64,000 nucleotides of DNA, taken from positions 146,957-210,956 of IMG/VR virus record IMGVR_UViG_3300034101_004588; one strand, written 5' to 3'. Positions 25,735-34,957 of the stretch are shown here, piece by piece; position 1 is the stretch's first letter; each line of letters begins with the position of its first letter. The notes under the pieces are model-generated. The model saw only the letters and a list, made by a program, of their open reading frames with translations, was not told the DNA's origin and made no database searches. The translations under genes and the position numbers were made by a program.

Positions 25735-27012
25735 TTATTGTGCTCGTTGATCTGCTCTAGCTGCGGATCCCATATCATTTAAAGTGTCGTCTATTAATTT
25801 TGCCCAATACTTGTAAGTTTGACTCTTTTTACTATTTTTCATAATAGAATCTTCCCATAAAACAGCTTCCCAATTTTCTTTATTTTGTTCTGCTAATTCC
25901 ATGGCTTGAGCCATTCTTTTGTTAATACTTTCGTAATCTGTGTCTGCAAATAGATATAACAATTTACGCAATCTTGAATTCATGTCTTCATCTGCTGCAT
26001 CTGGAGCTCTAACATTAATATATGTATGTTGTAATTCTGCTGGTAATTCTGTGTAATCTTTTGAATATATCTTTTTTCTAGTATCTATATAAGCTCTTTT
26101 TACTCTATAAGATGTAAAGTTTGTAAAATCTGAAGGACCTGCATTACGAGTAACTTGATAAATTTGCTCGTCTTCTGTAAGAGGACGATAAACAAATAAT
26201 TTTTCCAATCCTTTTAACTTTGGTTGCCATTCTTGAGAAATAACCATATTCCAATCACCAACTCTTTCACGATTGTTCAACGCATTAGTTAATCTAAATT
26301 TACCATCTCTTTGAGCGTGAATAACTATAACGTGGTTGTCATCAGATACTGGTAAGGTTTCATCATACACAAAATAAACACTGGCACTAGTATCACCGGA
26401 TCCAAATCTATAACTGTAAAATAAACTTCTTTCTATAGGATAAGAAATACACCATCCGTAGTATTTGCTGATATCTTTGCTTTCGTTTTTGGCTTCTTCT
26501 TCTTTTTCTTTTGATAGAAAACGTTTAAATAAAATACAAGAATTGGGATCTTTACCAAAATAAACATGAATTCCATTTTTCGGATCTTTGTATATTTCTT
26601 CAGCTCCGGTTTCTCCTTCTGCCATTTCAACTTTAGATGCTGCTTTTTCTGCCGGGTCTCTAAATTGATGGACTATTTTTTCTAGATCAGACCAATTATA
26701 AAATTCTACTTGAAGAGGTTGTTTTTTTAAATTTTCAAAACGGCGAACATCTTTTTGATTTCTTTCATCCGGTTTAATATCTCCACTATCTATATATTGT
26801 TGAACTAGTTCTTTAATACGATTAGATGTATTGTTGGCTGTTTTAAGTTGATCAAATCTTTGTAAGGTTGCTCGAATAGCTGTTTCTTCTACAAATGCTC
26901 CTGCTTGTGGTTTTAATCTTTTAATTTGTTGATTGAGAAACCCTTCACTGTATTCGTTCAAAATAATACCTCCATACACTTGTTCCAATAAAATTTGATC
27001 TTTGGTTCTCAT
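25735..27012 (-). CDS. putative internal virion protein (KDQILLE family)
   Basis: MRTKDQILLEQVY...ILNE-YSE; 425 aa. Confidence 0.85.
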   Translation of the reverse strand: MRTKDQILLEQVYGGIILNEYSEGFLNQQIKRLKPQAGAFVEETAIRATLQRFDQLKTANNTSNRIKELVQQYIDSGDIKPDERNQKDVRRFENLKKQPLQVEFYNWSDLEKIVHQFRDPAEKAASKVEMAEGETGAEEIYKDPKNGIHVYFGKDPNSCILFKRFLSKEKEEEAKNESKDISKYYGWCISYPIERSLFYSYRFGSGDTSASVYFVYDETLPVSDDNHVIVIHAQRDGKFRLTNALNNRERVGDWNMVISQEWQPKLKGLEKLFVYRPLTEDEQIYQVTRNAGPSDFTNFTSYRVKRAYIDTRKKIYSKDYTELPAELQHTYINVRAPDAADEDMNSRLRKLLYLFADTDYESINKRMAQAMELAEQNKENWEAVLWEDSIMKNSKKSQTYKYWAKLIDDTLNDMGSAARADQRAQ

Positions 27013-27024
27013 CTATTTTAATAT

Positions 27025-27471
27025 TTACCAGTTTTGTTCATAATATTCTGCTCTGGTTAAAGATGGAGAACCTAATATATTTTCTATTCTTGAAACTACT
27101 TCTTCATCATCAATATTACAAGGACCTCCTACATGCCAATTATATTCTTCTCTTGGTATGCGTTTTTCTCTATAGACATATATTGTAACTATTAATCCGT
27201 CTTCAAACTGTATTACCCATCTAGCTAAAACCTTATCGTCTTCTGTATAAATTGGTTTACCAAATTTATCTATCAATTGTTTGTGTGTTGTTTTTACGTA
27301 TCCTTTTAAACAAGTACCAGATATTTCTATATCATTGCTATTAATTTTTTTTATCTTATAGCGATTTGAAAAGGATCTCAAAGCTTGAACTTTATTTAAA
27401 TCTGCTTCTAAAAGAGATGCATAAACATTTTTTAAGGTTTTAAATTTTTTGGGTATATTACTTTTATTCAT
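27025..27471 (-). CDS. FG-x-P/W-x-I-x-F-x-DG domain protein
   Basis: LLEADLNKVQALRSF; LIDKFGKP...WVIQFEDG...WHVGG. Confidence 0.85.
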   Translation of the reverse strand: MNKSNIPKKFKTLKNVYASLLEADLNKVQALRSFSNRYKIKKINSNDIEISGTCLKGYVKTTHKQLIDKFGKPIYTEDDKVLARWVIQFEDGLIVTIYVYREKRIPREEYNWHVGGPCNIDDEEVVSRIENILGSPSLTRAEYYEQNW

Positions 27472-27472
27472 A

Positions 27473-27871
27473 TTAATACGAATTCCACATTTTTAACCAT
27501 TTATCATAATTTGGTTCTATTTTTCCGTCTATTACCAATTCTCTTAATACCACTTCTGCAACTTTGAAAAGGTGAGAAGTTGGAGGTATTTCTGCATCCA
27601 AACTAGTATATTCACTGTCTGAAAATCTTTTTAAACTTATTAATTCCATTTCTGGTTCTTCTAGAGCCCACTCAAACGTATACCTTGCTTCGTAATGGTC
27701 GTCTTTAGCAATAAAACTTAATATATAAATTTTATTGTCTTTATCATAATCTTCGTTTTCTATTATAAAATCCCTGCCAGGTCCTAAGTCTTTATCAAAA
27801 TCCATAAATTTTTTTAAACCTTGAATCTTATCATATTGAGATTCTAAAAGTATTTGATCCTTGGTTTTCAT
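27473..27871 (-). CDS. putative internal virion protein, paralog of the next gene
   Basis: MKTKDQILLESQYDKIQGLKKF. Confidence 0.85.
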   Translation of the reverse strand: MKTKDQILLESQYDKIQGLKKFMDFDKDLGPGRDFIIENEDYDKDNKIYILSFIAKDDHYEARYTFEWALEEPEMELISLKRFSDSEYTSLDAEIPPTSHLFKVAEVVLRELVIDGKIEPNYDKWLKMWNSY

Positions 27872-27886
27872 TTTTATTATTTAGGT

Positions 27887-28303
27887 TCAATAATCTGGTT
27901 TCCAAAAATGAGGCGGTATTTCTGGTTCCAGTTTACCTGCATCTACCAAGGCTTCTATCTTTTCTTCTGCGTCTATAAAAAGTTTTGAACCAGGTGTTAT
28001 TTCTGCTTCTAGATAATCATAATTTTCATCTGCATATCTTTTTAAACTCAAAAGTTTTATAATATGATCTGGATTCCAACCTTCGTATTTCCACCAAAAA
28101 TTATATCTTGCTTCATAATAATCATCTTTAGCTTTAAAGGATACCACATAAATTTTTGCTTGATAATTCGGAAATTCTGTGTCTTTATATAATATTTGAA
28201 AATGAGAAGGGTCTCCTAAATCCGATTCTCTTTCGGCAAACTTTTTAAGAGCTAAAATTTTATCTGTAGCTTCTCTTAATAATTGTAAATCCTTTTTATT
28301 CAT
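27887..28303 (-). CDS. putative internal virion protein, paralog of the previous gene
   Basis: MNKKDLQLLREATDKILALKKF; ATG at 28303. Confidence 0.85.
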   Translation of the reverse strand: MNKKDLQLLREATDKILALKKFAERESDLGDPSHFQILYKDTEFPNYQAKIYVVSFKAKDDYYEARYNFWWKYEGWNPDHIIKLLSLKRYADENYDYLEAEITPGSKLFIDAEEKIEALVDAGKLEPEIPPHFWKPDY

Positions 28304-28788
28304 GGACCATACCACCTAGTTGATGCTGTGAAATAATCTAAAAAGTCATTGTAATCAGGTTCATTATAAAATGTTGTCAAATAATCATAAGCTTTACTTC
28401 CTAATTCTTCTGTTAAATCTTCAGACCAATTTTTTTTAAATTTTTCATAACCGCCATAATTTTCTAAAGTATCTTTGGTTGCTTTATCGTACAAAGCTTG
28501 GTGTAAGAATCCTTCATACTCTTGTTGTATTTCTCGAGAAGACAAATGGTCATAATAAAAATCTACATTTATTGGATTTAATTCTATATTTCTTTTTACA
28601 TGGTCTAGATATTCTGGTAAAATAGACATATACAATTCTCTGGGAACACCCATGGAAGAGTTTTCATATTCGTCTATGGTTAGTTTTTTAACATGATCTA
28701 AAACATTAAGCTCTTTATTGGCAAATTGTTTAAACGCTTGTATCTTGTCGTATTGAGCTTCTAAAAGTATTTGGTCTTTATATTTCAT
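28300..28788 (-). CDS. putative internal virion protein
   Basis: MKYKDQILLEAQYDKIQAFKQF. Confidence 0.85.
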   Translation of the reverse strand: MKYKDQILLEAQYDKIQAFKQFANKELNVLDHVKKLTIDEYENSSMGVPRELYMSILPEYLDHVKRNIELNPINVDFYYDHLSSREIQQEYEGFLHQALYDKATKDTLENYGGYEKFKKNWSEDLTEELGSKAYDYLTTFYNEPDYNDFLDYFTASTRWYGP

Positions 28789-29129
28789 TAAACAAATAAT
28801 TCTACAACATCTTTAATATCTGGAATTATCATTTCTATATCATCTTGGTCTATCTCTTTTCCTTCTTTATCATAAAGAGGAGTTTCTAAATATTTTTGCG
28901 AAGATACCCAGTTTCTATAAAAATTATCAAATTCTGGTGTAGATAAAAATCCAGCAAATGTTTGTATAGCAGAATTTAATTTATCTATATGTTCATTGTA
29001 CTTGCTAATCATAAGACCGGCTTCTCGGCGATCTTTTTCATCTTTAGAAAAAGATTTTAGTCCTTGAATTTTTAGATTAGTTATTTCTTCTGCAGCTTCT
29101 TGTAATAATTGTAAATCTTTTTTTGTCAT
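28788..29129 (-). CDS. putative internal virion protein
   Basis: MTKKDLQLLQEAAEEITNLKIQGLKSF. Confidence 0.85.
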   Translation of the reverse strand: MTKKDLQLLQEAAEEITNLKIQGLKSFSKDEKDRREAGLMISKYNEHIDKLNSAIQTFAGFLSTPEFDNFYRNWVSSQKYLETPLYDKEGKEIDQDDIEMIIPDIKDVVELFV

Positions 29130-29446
29130 AATTGTTCACTTGCATAAATGCCTAATTTTTTGTGAGCTTCATCTCTGTTTAAGAAATGCCATTTGTTGTT
29201 AGTTGGGTGTATAAAAGCGAATCCTTCTTCAGGTTTTCCTTTATCATACCATTTATCGGCTTCTTCATCACTAGGAATACGACCTAATTTTTTAGGAAGA
29301 TATTCGTCAAATATTTCTCGAAAAACAAAACCATGACCCATGCGAGTTTTATCATGGAATATTTTTCCGTATACTTTAATAGCGGGGTAAAGCTTAATGC
29401 CTCCACGAGCTTCAAAAATCAGACAAATATAATATGTATTAAACAT
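29126..29446 (-). CDS. hypothetical protein
   Basis: 106-aa ORF after TAAATA. Confidence 0.8.
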   Translation of the reverse strand: MFNTYYICLIFEARGGIKLYPAIKVYGKIFHDKTRMGHGFVFREIFDEYLPKKLGRIPSDEEADKWYDKGKPEEGFAFIHPTNNKWHFLNRDEAHKKLGIYASEQL

Positions 29447-29476
29447 ATCATATATTTATAGAAACCAGGTGGTATT

Positions 29477-29995
29477 CTAAAATACTTGCTGCAAAAACTC
29501 TGCTACTTCTTTATCTTTAATAGATTGTCCTTCATGCAGAATCTCACAAACAACCTTATACATATCAAAAGCCTTGCGTTCAAAAAACTTTGTTGCCTCT
29601 TCATATCCTAGAGTCTCAATCCAACAATTCATTTGTGGGTATTGAGGAGCAGCATGGAAGATACATCCATTATGAAAATTACCAATCCAACACAAAAGAA
29701 AGATTGCTCCTTTGACACCTTTTTCTTTAACCATGTATTCAAAGAATACAGCTCGTTCTTCTGGGTCTTTACCTACATACCGATTGAGCTTGGTAATATA
29801 AGAACCGTCTAAAAAGATAATCGAACGGCCTTTAGAAAGAACATGATCCTTTAAAACGGAAACATTATTATCATTCATATAGACCTTACGAATAGTAGGC
29901 CATTTAACATTAACCCCTCTAGAGGAAAAAATAGACGAACCTATCAAAGGTTGTCGATTCATTGACACTTTTTTATTTTGACGAAGATCTATCAT
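29477..29995 (-). CDS. hypothetical protein
   Basis: 172-aa ORF. Confidence 0.8.
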   Translation of the reverse strand: MIDLRQNKKVSMNRQPLIGSSIFSSRGVNVKWPTIRKVYMNDNNVSVLKDHVLSKGRSIIFLDGSYITKLNRYVGKDPEERAVFFEYMVKEKGVKGAIFLLCWIGNFHNGCIFHAAPQYPQMNCWIETLGYEEATKFFERKAFDMYKVVCEILHEGQSIKDKEVAEFLQQVF

Positions 29996-30036
29996 GTTTA
30001 AAATGATAGATTAAATTGGTGGGAAATACAAGAATA

Positions 30037-30216
30037 TTATTCGGTTTTATATCTTTCTTTAATCCATTTAGATTTGAATTTTAAAGTCCAGTCGATCAAG
30101 GCTCGAGGAAATCCAATATCGTAACCCACTTTTTCTGACTCATACCATTTGTGTTTATTGATCTCTTCTTTCATAGCCAAGAATTCTCGGTAAAGGCTAG
30201 TTTTTTCTATATTCAC
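30037..30216 (-). CDS. DUF4032-like small protein (59 aa; missed by the ORF track)
   Basis: GTG start; MNIEKTSLYREFLAMKEEINKHKWYESEKVGYDIGFPRALIDWTLKFKSKWIKERYKTE. Confidence 0.75.
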   Translation of the reverse strand: MNIEKTSLYREFLAMKEEINKHKWYESEKVGYDIGFPRALIDWTLKFKSKWIKERYKTE

Positions 30217-30239
30217 TCTATCTATTAATATTTATCATT

Positions 30240-30710
30240 TTAAGAGGTTATACGAAACGCAAATTCAACACCATCATTAGATTTAACTATTTTAAAACCA
30301 TTTTGTTTATAAAAAGACATTAAATTTTTATGAGATGATTTGTTTTGCCCTGAAGAAATTTCTCCCGGAGATAATGCCATAAGGGTTCCTGAGGGATATT
30401 GCATGGCTAAAGTATTAATGATCTCTGAACCCCTACCTAATCCTCTTTGTGTAGAAAGTATTCTTAATAATTGAATCCATATATAGGTAAATTTTTTTGG
30501 TAGTTTTAAAGACCTTAGATATTTTGCTACCGGATCATTTTTGGGATCATCAAAATAAAAAAGATCAATAACCTCAGATATTGTCAGGTTTTCAGCAACG
30601 TCCCAATCGAAGTCTGCTATTTTTTTACCATCTTCTCGAACTTCTTCTCGAGACATATCAAATTCTAAAGACTCTAGAATTTGTTTTATTTTATTATTGA
30701 ACCGATTCAT
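30240..30710 (-). CDS. GNAT-family acetyltransferase
   Basis: TQRGLGRGSEII acetyl-CoA loop; LMSFYKQNGF. Confidence 0.75.
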   Translation of the reverse strand: MNRFNNKIKQILESLEFDMSREEVREDGKKIADFDWDVAENLTISEVIDLFYFDDPKNDPVAKYLRSLKLPKKFTYIWIQLLRILSTQRGLGRGSEIINTLAMQYPSGTLMALSPGEISSGQNKSSHKNLMSFYKQNGFKIVKSNDGVEFAFRITS

Positions 30711-31062
30711 TTTCAAACCAATAAATCATTCCATTAGGACCTTCTTCCATTTTTAGGTCATCATGTTTGATTCCTACTTTAGAAAGAAGATTGCCTAATC
30801 TTTCTCCAGTCGCTTGAAAATCAAATAAAGAATAATCCGTATTAAAAATTTGTTTATACATTTCATCTAAATCAGAAAACTTTTCTTGGTTATCATAAAT
30901 TTTCTTCTTAGAAAAAAGACTATTGCCGAACATTTCTTTCAAACGAGAAGCAAAGGTTTCAGACAATTCATCATAAGCTTTCATCTGAACTTTTTTCTGT
31001 TCTTTGGCTTGGTTAATTTTACCGTAAGTCTCTTCTAAGAGTATTTGATCTTTATTTTTCAT
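30694..31062 (-). CDS. putative internal virion protein
   Basis: MKNKDQILLEETY. Confidence 0.8.
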   Translation of the reverse strand: MKNKDQILLEETYGKINQAKEQKKVQMKAYDELSETFASRLKEMFGNSLFSKKKIYDNQEKFSDLDEMYKQIFNTDYSLFDFQATGERLGNLLSKVGIKHDDLKMEEGPNGMIYWFENESVQ

Positions 31063-31066
31063 AAAA

Positions 31067-31318
31067 TTATTCTTTAGATTCTGTATATTTTAGATGTCTT
31101 AATATATCTTCAAAGACCTCGACTACATTATTAAAATTACCCCAATAACCTAATCCATCTTGATTCTCGGCCTCATCAATATATTCATTAAAAGCTTCCA
31201 TGACCTTATTTTTAAAACGCCAGAGTTCTTCTTCTTGAAAATCTTGTAAGGCCTGTAGTTTTGGATTTACAATTTTATCCATTTCCGCTTCCAAGAGTAT
31301 TTGATCTTTAGATCGCAT
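31067..31318 (-). CDS. putative internal virion protein
   Basis: MRSKDQILLEAEMDKIVNPKLQALQDF. Confidence 0.8.
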   Translation of the reverse strand: MRSKDQILLEAEMDKIVNPKLQALQDFQEEELWRFKNKVMEAFNEYIDEAENQDGLGYWGNFNNVVEVFEDILRHLKYTESKE

Positions 31319-31378
31319 ATTATTCTATTTACCCAACTTTTAAAGAGAATTCTCTTTATTACTCTTTATAATAAGAGT

Positions 31379-32032
31379 ATGGCTTATATCAATACCGATA
31401 TTCCTTTATTCTCTTGTCTGCTAGATACTAGCTTTCTTTATGATAAAGACCCAAGAACCACCCAAGAATATCTTAAAGTAGAGGTCTTTGGATTTACTTC
31501 TCTTAATCGAAGATGCGGTCTCTTCTCGGTTATGTCAGAAATGGGTAGTGTTCATACTCGAGTACCTCTTCATTACCTTATAGCCGAGGACACGGATAAT
31601 CCCTCTCATTACCCGCTCGACTGGTTGCAACTTTGGGATTCCTATTCTCCTTATGTGCAATGTATAAGATATGAGTACCTCAAAAACCTCACTTGTAAGA
31701 TCTGCCTGAAAGATAGGAACTATGAGTCGGCTCGCTATCTCATGACCTTTGATTGGTGCTATGGACCGGAATTCACCACCGGACAAAGTGAAAATCCGGG
31801 AGGTCATAAACAAGGACATCTACTAAAGGGCGATCACGGACAATACTATATACAACCGGGTAATAGAATAATCTGGAGAGACGGAGGAGCCTGGATTGGT
31901 AAAGAATTACAAGGGCATGAAAAATGGAAAGTCTTTTCTAAAGAGTTCTCTTGTGAACAAACAGGTTCTCGATGGTTTGCCGGAGAAGAAGAATTACACT
32001 TCTACCAATTTGAAAAGAATAAAGACAGGTGA
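31379..32032 (+). CDS. phage hypothetical protein
   Basis: ATG at 31379 (MAYINTDIP); LQLWD...YLMTFDW...HKQGH...QPGNRIIWRD pattern. Confidence 0.8.
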   Translation: MAYINTDIPLFSCLLDTSFLYDKDPRTTQEYLKVEVFGFTSLNRRCGLFSVMSEMGSVHTRVPLHYLIAEDTDNPSHYPLDWLQLWDSYSPYVQCIRYEYLKNLTCKICLKDRNYESARYLMTFDWCYGPEFTTGQSENPGGHKQGHLLKGDHGQYYIQPGNRIIWRDGGAWIGKELQGHEKWKVFSKEFSCEQTGSRWFAGEEELHFYQFEKNKDR

Positions 32033-32242
32033 TATAAAGATAAAGGGGTACCTATATAAAGGGGTAGGTACCGGGATTGCCCCGAGACCCGGGTATCGAT
32101 TATTCTCGTCTATTATTGTTTTTGAACTGCCGGGGTCCTAGGATACCGCCCGTTGTCGTATTAACTTGCTTTTCCCTAGAATCCGATTTATAATTCCGCG
32201 CCTAGGGTTTCTTGGTCAAGGGGTTCGAACCCAGGTGACCTT

Positions 32243-32542
32243 CTACAGCTCGTACCCTTCAGACTCTTTCTTAGACTGGTGTTGATCCACGTGCCTGGCT
32301 AGCCGGCGAAGCTCTTGGCGGCACATCTCCTTAGCTTCTTCATTAGCCGAGGACTCCAGAACCGTCATACAGATATTCACCGCCTCTTCCCAAGAAGGGG
32401 TTAGGTCAATGACTCGACGATTGGTGTTGGCAGGAAGAGCTTGGAAGGCTTCGGCCATCTCTTCATTAGCTTCGGACTCGGTGACATAGACTTCTTCACA
32501 TTGCACTTGAGTGTTGAAGTCATCGGTGTAGTTCTTATTCAT
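32243..32542 (-). CDS. hypothetical early protein
   Basis: 99 aa, directly behind promoter cassette. Confidence 0.8.
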   Translation of the reverse strand: MNKNYTDDFNTQVQCEEVYVTESEANEEMAEAFQALPANTNRRVIDLTPSWEEAVNICMTVLESSANEEAKEMCRQELRRLARHVDQHQSKKESEGYEL

Positions 32543-32552
32543 AACAGTTATT

Positions 32553-32581
32553 AGTGTAGAGACTATTTGGGGGAAACACCA
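32553..32581 (-). promoter_or_regulatory. repeated early promoter
   Basis: TGGTGT-TTCCCCCAAATAGTCTC-TACACT. Confidence 0.7.
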
Positions 32582-32680
32582 GACTTTCTTTTTATTCTCT
32601 CAAAGTAATTTTAACGATGAAAGTAATCCTGCCTTTGTATTATTTTATACCGTTGTATTAAATTGCGGACTGCTATGAGA

Positions 32681-32727
32681 GATAAAAGAACCCTCCAGCT
32701 TCCTATTACGGAAGCTGGAGGGGGTTT
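32681..32727 (-). terminator. intrinsic terminator
   Basis: CCCTCCAGCTTCC/GGAAGCTGGAGGG 13-bp stem then TTCTTTT. Confidence 0.8.
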
Positions 32728-32766
32728 CGTTGACACGGGTTCCTCTACTCAGAGGACCGAGAGTGT

Positions 32767-33132
32767 TTACTTCTTCCGCTTCTTCTTAGCGGCTTTCTTG
32801 ACCGGAGCCTCTTCAACCGCAACTGTCACCATCTCCTCTTCAATCTTAGCCTCGACCGCTTCTTTGACCTTAGGGTCAGCGGCGATGACTTCGAACTTGG
32901 GCTTGGAGACTTTGGCCGAGGAGACTTTCTCTTCGGTGTACTCTACGCCGATCCCGAGGAAGGATCCTTTGCCGTTGGAGGCGGTGATCCGACGAAGCGC
33001 TCCGAAGACGGGACGATACTCGGCGGTGATGTTGTATTCGCTAGCGAGAGTGTCGATAACGAACTTCGGGGTGACCGTTTCATTCTTCATCAGAATGTCG
33101 CGGATGGCTTTGCTCATTGGGTTCTTTTCCAT
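32767..33132 (-). CDS. hypothetical protein, possibly DNA-binding (K/A-rich tail)
   Basis: 121-aa ORF, PVKKAAKKKRKK end. Confidence 0.8.
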   Translation of the reverse strand: MEKNPMSKAIRDILMKNETVTPKFVIDTLASEYNITAEYRPVFGALRRITASNGKGSFLGIGVEYTEEKVSSAKVSKPKFEVIAADPKVKEAVEAKIEEEMVTVAVEEAPVKKAAKKKRKK

Positions 33133-33224
33133 ATTTTTATTTTATTGGTTGTTTCTCTTGAGAGGTGGTCTCTCTTGATTGTTTATATCTTAAAGGTTTT
33201 TCTCGGGACTGGCAACCGGGTTTT

Positions 33225-33458
33225 TTAAATTTCGAAAGCCTTGGCATACCCCGACACTCGCGGCGAGAAGCAACGATCTTCGTTGATGATGCCATTGAGG
33301 TCATGTCCGATAGTGGAGACTATCGCCGCGTACTTCTCCTTAGAGCTGTACGTGGGGTGGTTGTGAACAAACCTGACATAAGCCAGGAGGTCTTTGAGGA
33401 AGGTTTTATCTTTCATAGTCTTTATTATGGAGGAAATAAGGGGGAAGAGCCACCTCAA
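33225..33458 (-). CDS. hypothetical early protein
   Basis: 77-aa ORF coupled to the upstream gene. Confidence 0.65.
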   Translation of the reverse strand: MRWLFPLISSIIKTMKDKTFLKDLLAYVRFVHNHPTYSSKEKYAAIVSTIGHDLNGIINEDRCFSPRVSGYAKAFEI

Positions 33459-33658
33459 ATCTCCTTCAGATGTTTGGGTTTCTTGAGAGAGAAGTTCTTG
33501 GGTTTCTTCTTGAGGACATTGAGGTAGTCCAAAGTATCGTCAATCAATTGATAGATAGCTTTTATCTCCTCGGCTTTGGCTTTGGGGTCTTCTAGCATGT
33601 TGGCTAGACACTGCAAAGCCTCTTGGACTCGTTGGATCTCTTTCTCGATGCGATTCAT
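33455..33658 (-). CDS. hypothetical early protein
   Basis: 67-aa ORF. Confidence 0.75.
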   Translation of the reverse strand: MNRIEKEIQRVQEALQCLANMLEDPKAKAEEIKAIYQLIDDTLDYLNVLKKKPKNFSLKKPKHLKEI

Positions 33659-33802
33659 TTAAAAGGAATAAGGGTTACCTGTCGAAGGGGGATGACTGGG
33701 TAGTACGTAATAGGTGGATACTCTTTCGTAGTAGCCATTGACTATCTTGACAAAGCAGCCTAAGACAAAGAGACTGAAGAGGAGTGCAAGAGAGTATTTC
33801 AT
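33659..33802 (-). CDS. small membrane protein (47 aa; missed by the track)
   Basis: MKYSLALLFSLFVLGCFVKIV...; ATGA-coupled upstream, abuts the next ATG. Confidence 0.6.
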   Translation of the reverse strand: MKYSLALLFSLFVLGCFVKIVNGYYERVSTYYVLPSHPPSTGNPYSF

Positions 33803-34074
33803 TGATGGAGAAAATCCCAGGCAGAATTAGGAATCTCTTCGCGCACCGCGGTGTCCAGGCTATCCGCCAGGTCCCGAGCTTCTTTAACCCGATTCTGCTC
33901 CAGCAGATGCCCAATGCAAAAGAGGTCAGCGGCATCGGTATAGGAGATGAGGAGATTGGCTCGATACTCTTTAACATTTTCTTTCTCCCAGGCCGTCTGC
34001 CAGTACTCGAGATACTTTGTAGAAGCCTCTTTGACGATGTTAGCCGCGGAGATGTGGGTGAGTTTTATTTTCAT
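33799..34074 (-). CDS. hypothetical early protein
   Basis: ATG 8 nt after the -10 box. Confidence 0.8.
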   Translation of the reverse strand: MKIKLTHISAANIVKEASTKYLEYWQTAWEKENVKEYRANLLISYTDAADLFCIGHLLEQNRVKEARDLADSLDTAVREEIPNSAWDFLHQ

Positions 34075-34082
34075 CAAACACT

Positions 34083-34111
34083 AGTGTAGGGGTTATTCGG
34101 GGGAATCTCAA
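34083..34111 (-). promoter_or_regulatory. repeated early promoter
   Basis: TTGAGA-TTCCCCCGAATAACCCC-TACACT. Confidence 0.8.
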
Positions 34112-34425
34112 GCCAATTCTCTAACCACTTTTAGGTAACTAGCTAGGATCCAGGTACCTCCTTGGATGGCAGGTCTCTTGTACTCTTGATAGTTAGTAAC
34201 TTCTACCTCACACCAGACTCTCTTCTCTCCACTGCGAAGCTCTGTCTTAAGATGATCCGCCTTAGGTTCCACCGCACAATGCCAACCTGGACGATAGGCA
34301 AAGCCTTTGGTGGCATGACACTCGGCCGGCATCCATTGTCCGAAAGGTACTACTTGAGTGCGATTGATAAAGAGAGGACCAAGAGTTCCGTCTTTACGTT
34401 TGCGAAAGAGTTTGTAGGCTTTCAT
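34108..34425 (-). CDS. phage hypothetical protein
   Basis: MKAYKLFRKRKDGTLGPLFIN...GFAYRPGWHC. Confidence 0.85.
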   Translation of the reverse strand: MKAYKLFRKRKDGTLGPLFINRTQVVPFGQWMPAECHATKGFAYRPGWHCAVEPKADHLKTELRSGEKRVWCEVEVTNYQEYKRPAIQGGTWILASYLKVVRELA

Positions 34426-34428
34426 GGT

Positions 34429-34689
34429 TTAGGCGTCAAGTTTAAATGCGGTCATGATACGGTTGTACCAAATAGGGTTCTTGTCTTTGAGGATATCCAG
34501 GGGGGCTTTGCCATCGTGGTACTCCTCAAAGTATTCCTCTGGGGTGTGGTTGGCGATAAGCTCTTTGCGGAACTTAGCCATCGTGAACGGGCTGCCCGAG
34601 TACTTGAAACGAGCAACGAACTGGCGGTTGGGTCCGAAGAGCAGGTACTGCCCTTCCTTCTTGAGATTGTCTTTGGTGAACTTATTCAT
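34429..34689 (-). CDS. hypothetical early protein
   Basis: ATG at 34689 (MNKFTK) behind promoter cassette. Confidence 0.8.
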   Translation of the reverse strand: MNKFTKDNLKKEGQYLLFGPNRQFVARFKYSGSPFTMAKFRKELIANHTPEEYFEEYHDGKAPLDILKDKNPIWYNRIMTAFKLDA

Positions 34690-34699
34690 AACAAATACT

Positions 34700-34728
34700 A
34701 GTGTAGGGGTTATTCGGGGGAAACTCAA
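34700..34728 (-). promoter_or_regulatory. repeated early promoter
   Basis: TTGAGT-TTCCCCCGAATAACCCC-TACACT. Confidence 0.8.
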
Positions 34729-34731
34729 CCC

Positions 34732-34947
34732 TTATTTGATCCTCTTGACTTTGAGAGCTGTCGGCTCGATATCACGGTCTCCGAACTCGGATCCGAAAGC
34801 ATAGAAGCTGCCATGATAACCGTTCCACTCTTGAATGAAATTGAAAAGCTGGGTTTGGAAGGCTTTCATGGAGGTGCTGTCCAGCTGTTCTCCTTTAAGA
34901 GTATTGAGGTTGAAGCTGATTTCGAATTTGAAGGTGTTCTTATTCAT
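34732..34947 (-). CDS. hypothetical early protein
   Basis: ATG at 34947 (MNKNTF) behind promoter cassette. Confidence 0.75.
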   Translation of the reverse strand: MNKNTFKFEISFNLNTLKGEQLDSTSMKAFQTQLFNFIQEWNGYHGSFYAFGSEFGDRDIEPTALKVKRIK

Positions 34948-34957
34948 AACAAATACT

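Noticed and set aside
32205-32240. T-arm-like GGGTTCGAACCC
   Set aside because: No acceptor, D or anticodon arms can be formed around it.
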